Positions 42,331-55,472 are shown, counted from the first letter of the whole stretch. The stretch: 63,765 nucleotides of DNA, filler included, from Hyphochytrium catenoides (GCA_900088475.1; 8 parts of 8 records of this genome joined end to end with filler, not necessarily neighbours in it), one strand, 5' to 3'. The notes: generated from the letters alone by a model not told the origin. Program-made: numbers and translations.

Positions 42331-43203
42331 GTGCGCCTTCTTCTCCTTTTCTTTTCTCGCTGTCTATCTATCTCACTCTTGCTGTCTTTCTCTTTTGGTC
42401 TCCCTCAAACATCGTCCATCGGACTCTGTGTTCTCTCTCTATTTTTAAGGCCTAATTTTTATGCCTTTTCTCTGCCCGTGTAGTCACACTTAATGACAGT
42501 CTTCAATCGGAAGAGGCTGTATTGACAGCCTTGCTCTGGAAGCTACTACTGATCCTTGTTTGTTCTTTGGGTCTCTTTGAGATGATGGTCCACTCGCTTT
42601 GAAACGCNNNNNNNNNNNNNNNNNNNNNNNNNNNNNNNNNNNNNNNNNNNNTTAATTAATTAANNNNNNNNNNNNNNNNNNNNNNNNNNNNNNNNNNNNN
42701 NNNNNNNAGAGAGAGAGAGAGAGAGAGACAGAGACAAAGATGGGAAGAGGCAATAAAGAAAGGAGAGAGGGGGAGAGACAAGAAAGAGAGACAGGGAAAG
42801 ACACATGGTATGATCTCGCAGCAGAGAGCAGCAGGCAGAAGATAGAAAGGGAGCAAGAAGATAGGTAGATGGAAAGAGAGAAACAGGAGGAGATAGAAGG
42901 GAACACGTAGTATGGACGAGAAAGGCACAGACAGAGAGAGAGAAGAAGAAAGATGAGGAAAGGGAGAGAAGGAAGAAAGAGACTCCGGTAGACTGAGCGT
43001 GCAAGAAAAGAGAGAACGGAGAGAAGAGCAGCGGAGCTTACCTGCGCCATAGCTCGAGACAACACTGGCAACCAGAGCCACCANNNNNNNNNNNNNNNNN
43101 NNNNNNNNNNNNNNNNNNNNNNNNNNNNNNNNNNNNNNNNNNNNNNNNNNNNNTCTCTCTCTTTCTCTCTCTCTCTCTCTTTCTTCTACTCTCTCTCTCC
43201 CTT

Positions 43204-43235
<32 letters not shown>

Positions 43236-43629
43236 CGTCCTGCGCCGCTGCTGCTGCCGACGGTGGTGTGTCGCTTGCTCTTCGTTTCTCTTGAGTGCTC
43301 ATGACGCCTCTGGTCGCTCTCTCACCCATCACAATACCTAGCTGGCCCATTCTCAGTCCCCTAATCAGTCTTCATGGACTCTGTCTGCTCCTTTTTTGAC
43401 TCTGTCTGGTTGCATCGTGGCACATAAGAGGGGCTAAAAGACAGAGAAAGAATGAGATGGGAGATTGGTCTTACAAAGTACAGTCATTACTACTATATAA
43501 AGGGTCTAGAGAAGACAGACAGAGTTTCAAAGTAGACAGACAGAGTTCAAAGGGAGAGAAGAGAATTACCAAAATAAGCCTGGATGTACCGTTAGCGGCT
43601 TTGCAGATGCTTTTACTATAAAAGTCCAA

Positions 43630-45750
43630 ATGTGTTTGGAAGTTGATGGAGACGACACTGTGGATGATGATGATTCACCTCCTCCTCCTCCTCCTTCTCC
43701 CCTTATTATCACTGAAGAGATCGATTATGATACTTCCGTCACTGATGATGAGTGTGGAGGAGATCAGGTTGAGGAGGAAGAGACCAAGGCGTTATTGCTT
43801 TCCCTTGTTTCTTTTCTTCTTCCTCTTTTTCTTCTTCCTTCTTCTTCTTCTTCTTCTTCCTCCTCCTCCTCTTCCTCTTCTTCTTTCTTCATATTTTGTT
43901 TCTTCTTTTACTTCTTAGTAGTTGTTAGTAGTAGCTATCATCCCTTATAAAAAACAAAAAGAGAACAATAGCAATAACTAAGAAGAAGTAGAAGAAGAGG
44001 AAAGAAGGATAAGAAGAACAAGGAGGAAAAGAAGAAGAAGAAGAAGAAACGAAGGAGAAGAAGAAGAGAAAAGAAGAGGAGACGAGAGCTACAAAGCCCT
44101 GAACTCTACAACGCTTTCTCCGCCATCATCGCCATCAATGTCGAAAATGGAAGAAGAATCATAGTTGAACTATTTCGCAATAATGATAGGAGACGGAGGA
44201 GGAGAAGAAGAAAGGGGCGTGGCGCCGAGACCATCATCATCATCGCGCTCAATCATGCAAGTTAGGGCTTTCCTTCTAACCTAATGTATGAGACGAATCG
44301 AATGGTTATTATAAAGACTAGACGTCTTTTCCTAATAGACCTGGAACAATTCAATCAACCTGCTTCTCGCTTATCATCCAAAGCCTTTGTGGTCTTGCAA
44401 GCTCAAAGGCCTTTGCTCAGAAGTTTTACCAAGCATATCGCTGACAAGCCCTCAGCAATGAATGATGCTTTGCTCCGATTGCTAACTAATTGCACTCTAC
44501 AGCAAGGCGAAAAAGACATGAAAAATCTATTTTAGAGGCGGTGAGCGATAAGCTGAGCCTTTCTTTTTTTTTCGGACTCGCCTAACGATATTATGTTACC
44601 GTCCATAGCTATACGCACTCACAAGCCCGGTCGGTCAATAGCTGTTGTTGCCGCTACCCGAGCTGAAGCTAGAGGCTAGCAACGTGCGGTCGCAACTGAA
44701 ACTCGCAATGGTGGAGGTGCTTTCTGCTAAGTGGTGTCGCATCAATAAGGTTTGGAAGATATAAGACTGTGCTCTTCGGGTACTCGCCTAACTCCACACC
44801 AATGGAGATGGATGAAGTTCAAAACGGAGGGAGCTAGTTATAAATATCGCATATGACAAGCTTATAGTACTCTATCAAGGAAAGAGGGTGCCTACTTAGT
44901 ATGACACCACGGATCCATCACTCTGAGGATGCGCGGGCGGCGTAGTGGCGTAAATAGAAATAGAGGCTTCGCTAAAGCATATGCATAGTAGAATTACTTA
45001 ACTAAAAAGTATTTTTGATGACCATCACCTTGCTTCTTGACTCTGAACCTGTCCTACAACGCGCTACTAAAAAATGGCTGTCGGTGTAGAATGAACTTGC
45101 TTATGTATAAAAAGATTCTGACCTCTCCATACCAGAATCCCTTTCGTCATCCGTGAAGAGAATGCGTCTCAGATTCTGAAGTGTATTCCTGTTCAGCAGC
45201 TGGACCCCGCCCTAGCTTGCATGATTGAGCGCGATGATGGATTATGGTCTCGGCGCCACGTCCCTTGCTTTCTCTTCTCCTCCGTCTTCTATCATTATTG
45301 CGGAAGTGTTAAACTGTGATTCTTCTTCCTCTGACATTGACGGCGAGGGTGGCGGAGGAGAACGCGTTGTGGCTCTCGTCTCCTCTTCTTTTCTCTCCTT
45401 CTTCTTCTCCTTCGTCTTTTTCTTCGTTCTTCTCCTCCTCCTTCTTCTTCTTCTTCTTCGCCTCCTTCTTCTTCTTCTCTAATTCTTCTTAGTTATCAGT
45501 AGTAGTAAGCCTCTTCTTTATAGGTTCATAACGAGAAAAAAACATGAGTGTGGAGGAGATCAGGGTTGAGGAGGACGCGACCAAGGCGTTGTAGCTTTCC
45601 ATGTTTCTTTTTTTCTTCCTTCCTCTTTCTCTTTTTCTTTTTCTTTTTCTTCTTCTTCTTCCTTCTCTTTGTCTTCTTCTTTCTTCATCTTTTACTTCTC
45701 TTCTCTTTGGCCTATTTTAGCTCTTTCTCCATTCTCTTTTGTTGCTTCTA
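43630..45750. mobile_element. Cluster of a dispersed repeat family (core, (TTC)n tract, TAGTAG tail): ~43630-43965 (+), 43973-44268 (-), 45209-45525 (+), 45545-45750 (+)
   Basis: The cores are mutually similar (e.g. CGGAAGTGTTAAACTGTGATTCTTCTTCCTCTGACATTGACGGCG). Related sequence lies at 48226-48268/49226-49285, ~50460-50610 and 55451-55640. Confidence 0.7.
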
Positions 45751-46772
45751 GTACATATTTGCATCTCTTCATCTTCTTCAAACAGTAGTCGATTATACAC
45801 TCCTTACTAATTTCGTGATGAAAAAAAGGCTAACATACAAATACTGCAAATGCGTTACTGTATTTCTCCTTGACATCACCAATTTCGGTCAGGTCAAGCT
45901 CCTTGTAGCTTCTCGGTACCTGTACTCGTAATAAAGTAGGAATGCAGAGGGCTGGGGCTTGACATGTTGTTGTGCCCTTGGCCTTCAGGTCAAGGGTCTG
46001 AAACGCGAAATTGTGTNNNNNNNNNNNNNNNNNNNNNNNNNNNNNNNNNNNNNNNNNNNNTTAATTAATTAANNNNNNNNNNNNNNNNNNNNNNNNNNNN
46101 NNNNNNNNNNNNNNNNTCTCCTCTCCTCTCCTCTTCATTACATTTTCAATTTTCTTTCTCTCTTCTGTTGTTCTCTCCTCCCCTTTTCCTCATCTGTTTT
46201 GTTCTCTTCTTCCTCCTTCCCTTGTTTTCTCTTCCTTGGAGGCCTTCGACACAAGTGCCGTTGGAAGCCTGCCATCCGTCTCTTCTTCTTTCCTGCCCTT
46301 TGCTCTCTCGTCCTTTCTCTCTCCTTTCTTTCCTTTTTGTCTGACTTCTTCCCCCAAGCGTCTCTGTCGCTGGATCCCTAGGAGAGAGGAGTGGAGAAGA
46401 AAAGAAGCGACGTTAGCACTGAAACTCTCTCTTTTTGGGGGAGAGAAGAGAGAGGAAAGGAGAGAAGAAGACTGAAGAAGAGAAGAAGGAAAGAGAGAAA
46501 TCTGACACATCTCTTTTCTGTCCCTGGTTGTCTCTCTCCCAGTCTAACAGGGTCTTCTACAGCTGTCTTTGCGTTACTGAGGAACATCTTTCCAAACGAA
46601 GCTGTGCATGGTTGTCCCTTCTCAGTAGTGGAGAAAGGAGAGAGAGAAGACAGAGCTCCTGGGATCAGCAGTCCAGGCAACCAACGTCCCCTAGAATCAG
46701 AGAGAGAGAGGGAAAAGAACCTCATCTATTTTGCTTTCCAAACAAACAGCCGCATAGACTAACCCCAGAGAC

Positions 46773-46815
<43 letters not shown>

Positions 46816-47799
46816 CTTCTCTTGTTCCTTGTAGAGGTGATGAATCTCTTTCCAAAGAAGGCGTGGAAGATCGGGCTTGTCCGTCCCGCTGCCTATAATA
46901 TATCGAGTATAGGCCCTGCTCTGTCTCTCTCACATTCTCTCTCTCTCTTTTTCTCTCTCTCTCGTCTCACTAATCAGTGGCAATTGGCCAGCAGGGCGCA
47001 GCGTCATGTCTCTACTACGACTCTTGAGCACGAGGATATAGAGAGAAACAGAGCAGGGAGAGAGGGCAGAGAGAGAGAGAGCACATTTTTTCTCTCTCTC
47101 TCCTCGCCCTCTCTCTCCCTCCAACCCTTTTTAAACTTAGAAGAGCCAAAGCTGGAGGCAGGAGGAAACAGAACTGCGGCCCACTGCCCTTGGACCATGA
47201 AAGCATCGGTGGCAATGGATCAGGGAGAAGCGTCACTCTTGTGCAGGAAAAAAAGAAGAGAGAGGCAAAGCTCTTTTCTCTCTCTCTAGGTCTCTCCTGC
47301 CGAATCTGTCTCTTCCCTGTGGGAACTGTGTTAAATGGCAAAAAGAGCTTGATGAGGAGAGAGGCGTGGCTTCTTTACCTGCGTGTTTCTCTTGTAAGGA
47401 CCCCTGTCTCTTTTTACGGTCTCTCGCTCCTTTCTCACTCTCTCTCTCTTTCTCTCTCTTCCTCTCTCTTTCTCTCTCTCTCCCTCTCTTTTTCCTTGTT
47501 CTCTGTCGTGCAATAGCTGCACATCCTCTGTCGTCCAATAGATGGAAGACGCTTCAAACTGGAGAGAGGAGCACAGCGCCAACGGACGGAACCTTCTATC
47601 CCTCTCCTCTGCACCGCTGGAGGAAGGAAAGCAGTTGTTGGACGATAAAGTAGAGAGAGAGAGAGAGAGAGGGGGAGGAGAAGAGGAAGAGAGAGATGAT
47701 GAGAGAGAGATGATGAGATAGAAGTGGGGAAAAAGAGAGAAGAGAGACAGAGACGACAGCGAGAAGAGAAGAGAGGAGAGAGAGAAAGAGAGAGGAAAA

Positions 47800-47833
<34 letters not shown>

Positions 47834-48268
47834 AGAAGAGAACAAGAGAGGGAAGACGGAGAAAGAGAGAATAGACACAGAGAGAGAGAGAGAGAGAGGA
47901 AAGGCAAGAGAGGAAAAGAGAGAAAGAGACAGAAGAACGAGAGAGAGAGAGAGAGAGAGAGAGTTAGAGAGAGAGAGAAAGCACTCTGCTCACTCTCCCC
48001 TGGCGCTTTTAGTGTCCTTTCCCTTTCTTATCACCTTTCTCCCGCTCAGAATCTGACGCTCTCACTCAGTCAGGGACCGACCCTCTCTTTCCTTCCGCAG
48101 AGAGGTGAGTAAAGGAGCTCCCAAGNNNNNNNNNNNNNNNNNNNNNNNNNNNNNNNNNNNNNNNNNNNNTTAATTAATTAANNNNNNNNNNNNNNNNNNN
48201 NNNNNNNNNNNNNNNNNNNNNNNNNTCAGAAAGGAAGAGTCATGGTTGAACTCCTCAGCAATAACAAT

Positions 48269-49225
48269 GGGTGGTATCGAATAGCCTAAACCACCAGATT
48301 ACCAAATTCTAGGGAAAGTTTCTGCAACTTTCCGAGGCTCTGATTGGTCAATCGATCTAGGGGACTCTCAAATCTGACAAGGGGGTGGCACCCCCTTTTC
48401 AAATCACCATTAGGGTTCAGCACGCTTACATATTTTCTCAGGGATCGGCACCAGGTTAATGGTTGTTATTCCATGTCTGGTCCGAACAATCCGGATTCGG
48501 AAGGCAGAGCACTTTCAGATTTTCGTGCTTGTTCTCGATACCCCTACCATCTATTGGAAATAGACCCTGATCTCCTAGATTCTACCAAACTTTTCTCCCA
48601 GTACAACGTTGACGAACAGCGATGACAACATGAACAACGATGACAACATCCTCATCGGATAACTGTCGAGCTTCAAGCTAAAGAGTTTGAATAGAGATTT
48701 AGAGACAGATCGTATTTCTCATCTGCCATCGCCGCCCTGGATCTCCCCACCAAAAAGAGGAGAAGGAGAATCGTCTTGTTCTCATAGTTCTACCTCACGC
48801 ATTCCCACTGGTGATGATAGCATAATCGAGTCAAGCAGTACTTTTGTTTGCGAGCAAATAGCTGCCACTACGACACGGATGATGCGTTCACACCTTCGCT
48901 GACTTTTTGCATCCATTCTGAAGACTGAAGACGACTGCATCTAAAGATTTTTATTGCGTTGGCGTCAAGAAGAGCATACAACTTCTTCCTGTTCATTCAC
49001 AGTACTCCCAAGCTATCACTTAAGGTTAACCGCAGGAGTAATAATATGAACTCACATGTTTTAGGTATGTTAAAGTAGCGTACTACTATTTTGGCTTTCA
49101 CTCTGAAGGTTTAGGAACTAGACCAGCTATTTGATAGCTCTGACCAGCCAAGTCTAGGAGTCTAGGGCCATTCTGAAGTTCTGGTAATCTGGTAATTTGG
49201 TGGCTCAGGCTATTCGATACCACCC
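48269..49225. mobile_element. Non-autonomous DNA transposon with 40-bp TIRs and AAT TSD (PIF/Harbinger-superfamily-like)
   Basis: TIR GGGTGGTATCGAATAGCCT... (first 19 nt identical, 4 mismatches in 40). AAT flanks both ends (48266-68, 49226-28). The flanks rejoin into a copy of the dispersed repeat. Confidence 0.88.
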
Positions 49226-50929
49226 AATGGCGGAACGAGGAGGAGAAGAAGAAGACCGACCAGGCGAGACCATCATCACACTCGACTGTTGTGGCGCATT
49301 CTCTTCATCAATGGCGAAGGAAGAGACTTTGTAAACATTGAATTGGACTTCATGGCTCTCTCTTTTCTTCGGAGAAGAGCCAAGAGTGCGGAGCGTTTTT
49401 AATACTTATTAGGAGTAGTAGCTCTCCTTCTTTCCCTAGTAAGTTTTATCTGATGAGAGAAGTTAATGATCATGGCTTGTCTGTGGTCGTGGAGAAGTCT
49501 CCCTCGGCCCGGTGTTAGTACAGTCGTACGGCCTATGGAGCTAAACAAGCTATTGATATTGACAAGTATTAGTGATAGCAAAGTAAAAAGAGTTGGCCTT
49601 CTTTAATGTAAGGGATCTTAATCAGCTCAGTCTAAACTACTACTGCTGAGGCTACTACTACTCGCCAACGCAGGTCTAAAAAGCTTCGAGGAGGTGGCAC
49701 CCCTGTCCAACGCACTCTACTATCTTTTGGACTCACCGTTGCCTCGCTCTTTATGTGATGATGGACGATCTGTGATTATAGACGTGGAGTAAAGTCGAAG
49801 CCTTACGAGCTCTGGACCCTTCACTTCGTCTACACTTCTTCTTCTATTCATTCTTCTTCCCTCCCTTGCGTCCCTCATTATTCTCTTTGCCCCAAACAGT
49901 TCAACTACTTGTCACATGACGGACATGCTCATTCTCGGCAATCAGGTCATTATAGGTGACTCCCCTCGCGAAGGACAGCTTAGCAACTATGAAAGATGGC
50001 CACTCACTTTCAAAGATGATGAACTACTAGAAGACTGTCATGTTGTTGTGCAGCAGAAGGACGACTCTCTTGTCGTCTAAGCCCTTGATATCTTAAAAAA
50101 TAGAAAAAGAAGACGTTGAAGAAGCTTAAAGAAATCGTTGAAGGGTGCTCTAGAAGCGCTAATTTGTACTTCCTGGTGTTGGCGTTGTGGACGGCTGTAT
50201 GATCGTCCTCAGCCTCCAATTATGCTGCACAATGGCGGCTCTTCTACTATCTACGACGTCTCGGAACAAGCTCTCTTCCTCTCAATTCACCGCCCGTGCA
50301 TCGGATCGTGCACTACACGCGGTGGTGAGGGGAAGAACGTGCGCCACCGTAGTACGTTCGGCCCTGCTTGTTGCTGCGTGCGTCGTGCATGCCCCTTTAG
50401 CAGTAGTAGGGATGTTGTTCACTTCTGGTTGAGCAGCGAGGTTGCTTCTCTTTTGTCGTCCTTTTTTCCTTCTTCTTCTATTATTATGGTCGTTGCTGAG
50501 CTATCCGGCCGTGAGTCTTCTTCTTCTTCTGACTCTGATGAAAGAGGAGAGTATGAAGAGTCGGAGATTTCTCTTGGAGAATGACGAAGTATTATCATCT
50601 CTTCTTCTTGATTGCTTCTTCTTCTTTTCTTCCGTCTTTCCTTTTTTTCGGTCCCTCTTCAGCCTTTTCTTCTCCTTGAATCGGAAGTAATCGTCGAAGA
50701 GCAGCAGTCTCCACTAATAAATGTAAACGTCATCGTCAAACCAACCGAAGAACGGAATCTTATTAGGGAGGAACTGCTGGCGGAAGATGTAGTAGTAGCA
50801 GCGCCTACTACGATGCTACTTTATTGCTGTTGTTAACTCCTACAATTCTTCTACGGAGTGAGGTTAGACTCCTTCTTCTTCTTCGTCTTCCTCTTCCTCT
50901 TCGTCTTCCTCTGCCTCTTCTTTGTCCTC

Positions 50930-51092
50930 TCTTCTTCTTCTTCTTCTTCTTCTCCTTCTTCTTCTTCTCCTTCTTCTTCTTCTCCTTCTTCTTCTTCTCC
51001 TTCTTCTTCTTCTTCTTCTTCTTCTTCTTCTTCTTCTTCTTCTTCTTCTTCTTCTTCTTCTTCTTCTTCTTCTTCTTCTTCTTCTTCTCCTT
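50930..51092. repeat. (TTC)n / TTCTCC trinucleotide microsatellite
   Basis: Directly visible; followed by a CTTAGTAGTAGC tail like the dispersed family. Confidence 0.95.
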
Positions 51093-51475
51093 CTTTGTCG
51101 TCGTCGTCGTCTTCTTTTACTTCTACTTAGTAGTAGCATTCTTATGAGAGAAACAAACAGAATGAAGTTAAGAAAGATAATTCTTCAAGAGCATCATCTC
51201 CACCAGCCACCACCACCACCACTAAAGAGTATTTATTCAGAGGGTCGCAACCTTCCCTATAATAGAGACTGCTTGCTCCACCTGTAGTTCAAATCTATTG
51301 AGTGAACTCTCTCTTTGGGAAAGGACAGCAGCAGACATCAACCGATCACTCCTGGGGGCTACCTCCACACTATAGGCAGGAAAGTCCATAGATCTGACGG
51401 CAATAACTTTTCCTGCTTCAGAGCCGCTAACCGCGAGGGGGGCAATATCATCATCCATGACGTGTACCCTCCTGA

Positions 51476-51910
51476 GAGCACCTCCACCAGCGAGCACTAA
51501 ACAGTATTTATAGGCCCGCAAACGGTGGAAAAATGGAGCATTCTTATTGGCTGCAGTAACGTCTGGGCGTTAACCGCTCCAAAAAAACTGCTTGCTCCAC
51601 CAGTGCCAAACCTATTGAGTCCTCGAAACCTTAGCAGATTTCCATAACCGCCAACCCCATCCCAGGACTCCTGGGCTCCTGGGGTTATCTCCAAGCTTTA
51701 TACAGGAAAGCCCATAGATCTATTTTACTGCTCCAGAGCCGTTCAACGGTGAGTGGAGCAGTATCCTGGCAAAGATAGTGTTCGAAACGAGCGTTACCGT
51801 CCCGAGCAGTAAAATAGATACTGTTTAGATTCACTGGTGGAGCAGCCAAAACCGTATAGGGAGGGTAACGGCAATTCTTTACGGCATAGTGCTCGCTGGT
51901 GGAGATGCTC
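51476..51910. mobile_element. Tourist-like MITE with 24-bp TIRs, nested in an older relative (~51189-52045)
   Basis: GAGCACCTCCACCAGCGAGCACTA versus reverse-complemented GAGCATCTCCACCAGCGAGCACTA (23/24). Flanks are TGA/TTA. GAGCA(T/A)CTCCA termini are typical of Tourist/PIF MITEs. Confidence 0.8.
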
Positions 51911-53911
51911 TTACTGTTTCGATTATTCACTGGTGGGGCCAGGTCAAAACAGTAGAACAATAGTAGAACAGTAGTAGAGGGTAATTCCAGTCTTTGGTAA
52001 TTATTAGTTCTTCTAAGGCTTAGTGCTCACTGCGGGGCGATGTCTTTTACTTTATTTAGAAGACGAAGAAGAAGAAACTTCTTTTGTTTATTAGGATTCT
52101 AGACGGACTATTCTGAGACAGGAGCCCCAGGGATATCCATAGTCTGACCTTAGTTATCGTCCACTACTTCTTCTTAGCAAGAAGTTGGTTCTCATTGACA
52201 ATTGGCTCTATCCCCGCTGTTTGGACAGAAAGTAGTTCTAGCACTCGAGAGAGAGGTCCAACTCTTTGTGTCCGTCGCGGTGACTTGCCCCATCCCCTTT
52301 CTTTCTTCAAAAAAGGAATCGGTTCTGCCCCATTCTTTTGCAGACTTATAAAAATGGAGTGAGAAGAGTCTGTCTTTTCCCTGTCTTCTGTCAACTGTAA
52401 CCTCTCTGTTTCTCTCATCACCTCACGTCTCATCAGTCGTGTCACGCTCTCTCATCTCTCTCTCTCTCCTTCCACTCTGCCCTCTGCTCCTCGCTGGCTT
52501 TATCTCCTCTATCTCTTTCTCTCTCTTTCTCTCTCTTTCTCTTTCTCTCTCTCTCTCCTTTTCTACCTCTTTCTCTCTTCTTCTCTCTTTCTCTCCTTCC
52601 TCGCTTTTCCCTTCTCTTTCCCTTTTTCCTGCGCATTTTCTTCGAGTTAGCTTTGGAGCTTCTTTTTCTAGAGAACCATCTGCCTGTCTTGGTCAAGAAT
52701 GAGGTTCTAAATAACCCACCATTGCCTCGTGTCCTTTCTGCGATGCTCTTCCTTGGCTCTTCTCTGCAATAACGGGTCATTCTTTCTAACAAGGAGAAAG
52801 TATCCTTAGAAGATGCTCCTCTCGTTTCTCTGGTCATCTTGCAGCCTTTCTTTATCTGGAGTCAGGAAAAAGGTGCAAGCCGAGAGAAGAGAGATGGTCA
52901 AAACCATGGCCCTCCACACTTCCACCCCTTTCTTGCTTTGCCTCGTAAGGAAAGATTTCTTTGAGAAGTAGTAGAGTCCCATATTTGGTTGTTCGCACGA
53001 TCAGCTTCTGTCCCTGTCTTTTGCCATGGATGTTCTTCCTCCTTTCTGAAGTCCCTCTCTTGCTCAAGGAGTGAGACAGTCTCGGTATTAGCCAAGACTG
53101 CGCCACGGATCGAATCTGCAGACTGATTTCTGAAGCCACGATAAACTTCAGATATCGGCCGACAGATACCGATAACGAATCTACAAAGAGAACTAATCTG
53201 AGCTGGCAGCGCAACAGTCAGAAGAGCCTCAGTGCAGCTTCAAGGCAGTAAGTCTAGATGAGCGGCCTTCGAGCAGGAAATAGCGTGTATTAGCGTTAGA
53301 AAGATTGTGCTAAATCCTGACTGATCATCTACAGCCTGCTTGTTCTAACTCCTACTTCGTTTACTATATCTAAACATAGCTTCTCTTTCTCCTCTCTCTC
53401 TCTTCTCGTCTCTTGCTGCTCTGACTAAGTCCCTACATCTTCAGGTCCTCTTTTCTACTGCTAAACTTACCTTATCCCTCTGCTGTTCTTCACTCCCGAA
53501 GATCGCTTCCTTCTGACCTTCACTCCTTAGTTCCGTAGCTGACCTCTCCTCTCCTTCCTTGCCTTCTGACAACTCCCAGTTCCTGGCTTGTCCTGCTCCT
53601 CCGATGACGTAGGGCAGAGCTTCAACCATCTCCGATTTGTATGTAAGGATCCTAGAATCTTCCCATCTATTCCCATCTAGATTGGGAATCGGCTACTCAG
53701 AAGCTTCACAAGGTCTCGCAGCTGCTTCAGCTCAGGCGTCCTGTTACAAGGAGCTCCAAGCCTCGCTCCCTTGCTCTGTCATCTCTTGCCCCAGACCAGT
53801 CTCTTTCTACTCATTCTGGAATTGCCTTCCAAGAGCTCAAGCACCAGCCCTCGCACAGGTCTCATATAAACGACAAAGCCTAATACGCCGTCAACAACTT
53901 CTTTCTTTACC

Positions 53912-54788
53912 ATGAAGATCCCGCCAGCTTCTCTCCTACTACTACTTGCCGCACTGAGCGCTAACGCAGCAGCAGCAGAAGAGAAAAGCCTTCGTGGCCT
54001 CGCTCTAGGAGTGGGACAAACCTCTGCTAATACACAGTCAATCAGTGCAGGCAGCGTCAACACCTATGGGGGAGGAAGAGCCTCCGTTTCGGGGTATTCT
54101 AGCGGAACGGCCTCTTCCACTTCCTACACCGGAGGGTTCAAAGGCGGTCTTTCAACCTCACTTAGTGGCTCAAACACTGGGGCTTTCGTCTCCGCGGGAG
54201 GGAGTCCTATAGGAAGCCTCTTTAATAAGGGAGGAAGCCAGAGTGCCAGCGTTCTGTCCACAGCTGGAGGTCAAACACAAGGCACAACGATCACCAATAC
54301 AAATCCCCTCAGTCTGAACTACTGGCTGGGAGGAAAGAACCTTGAGGTTGCCAATGCCAATAGCAATGCCAACGCCATCAGTCAGGGTCAAAAGAGGTAC
54401 GAAGAAAAAGCTGCCTCGGATAGAATGTCATTTTTTTCTCCTCGCCGCCTGTTGCTTATCTAGCATGTTATTGCCCCTAATTCTTCTCTCAGGACGATGT
54501 TTGTTGCTTTTCTCTGCCTCTCTCCCCCTCTTTCTCTCTCTCTCTGCTCTATCTCTCTTAAGCGCCGAATCTCACATTTTCTTATGCTTCTCCTCCTCGT
54601 TCTATCTCGCTCTTCTTGAAAATAGTCCTTTGGGACTAGGAGGCAACAGCGTTGCACTCGGAACAGGATCGGCATTTGGCAGCAGTACCGGTGGCAGCTC
54701 CGGTGTCTTTGGCAATGCAGGAGGCGCCAACGCTCAGACAAACGCCAATGTGCTGGCAAATGCTATGAACAACAACGGACTCATCTAG
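53912..54788 (+). CDS. Secreted Gly/Ser/Ala/Asn/Thr-rich protein (~215 aa; exons 53912-54396, 54626-54788)
   Basis: Signal peptide MKIPPASLLLLLAALSANAAAA, phase-compatible AG|GTACGA...ATAG|T intron, TATA-like CATATAAA at ~53863, and a low-complexity mature region. Confidence 0.8.
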
Positions 54789-54884
54789 TTGTTTGGGCTC
54801 TGAGGATCTCCCGTCCTCGTCGATGGGTAGACTTTTTCTCTCCTCCTTCCTCTTTATTTAATTGACAGTATCTAGTTCATATAA

Positions 54885-55472
54885 AGCGTACCAAATGCAC
54901 TACCTACTCTTGTACCTCTTCCATGCTTTTCGGGACTCTGGTCTCAGGACCTCTCGTGAACCTCGTCACCTCCTTCCAGGCTCTAATCAGAAGCCTGGTG
55001 ATTTGCTGGTTCGTGGCTTCTCGGCTTCCTACCAGCATACGGCCTTTGATGTGTCCGTCACGGATTCGCTGCAATCCACAACCCTTAACTATGCAGCAAT
55101 CCACGCGGGCTATCAAGGTCGTCTGTCTGAGAAGACGAAGCTGAAGAAAGTACGAGGGTCCTTGTCAAGCTGTCGGTTATACAGTTCATTCCGCTGGTTT
55201 GGGAGTCCTTTGGGGGAGCTATGCCTCGTGTCCTGGACTCTGCGGACGAGCTGGTCAAGCTTCAGTGTGACCGCTCTGCCTTTGACACTTCTCGGCATCC
55301 TGCTGGTCACTGGTCTAGGATGGCAAAGGCTTTAACTCTTCATACCAGAGTGTCCTTTGCTATTCAGGAAGAGAATGCGCTCCAGATTCTGAAGCGCGTC
55401 TCTCTTGAGCACTTGGATCCTCTCTGGCGTGTCTGGTCAAGGGCAAGGAAGGTGATGGTGTTCGCGGCGTGA
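54885..55472 (+). mobile_element. 5'-truncated CRE-like non-LTR retrotransposon (restriction-like endonuclease domain), frameshifted
   Basis: REPRHLLPGSNQKPGDLL...TAFDVSV...EKTKLKK(Y)...PLVWESFG...VSFAIQEENALQI follows the E-P / (R/K)P-D / D / K..KY / E..G / S...Q..NA pattern of RLE-type LINEs. Confidence 0.82.

Noticed and set aside
43630-43950. Acidic 'protein' ORFs (also 45225-45482 and 50138-50584)
   Set aside because: They are copies of a dispersed repeat running into TTC tracts, with no consistent start or stop.
46097-48125. Possible exons in this piece (and at 13905-14065 and 52160-53630)
   Set aside because: No recognisable motifs or consistent splice chain could be built by eye.
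50824-51287. Poly-Phe/Ser/Arg/Leu ORFs
   Set aside because: Frames of a (TTC)n tract.
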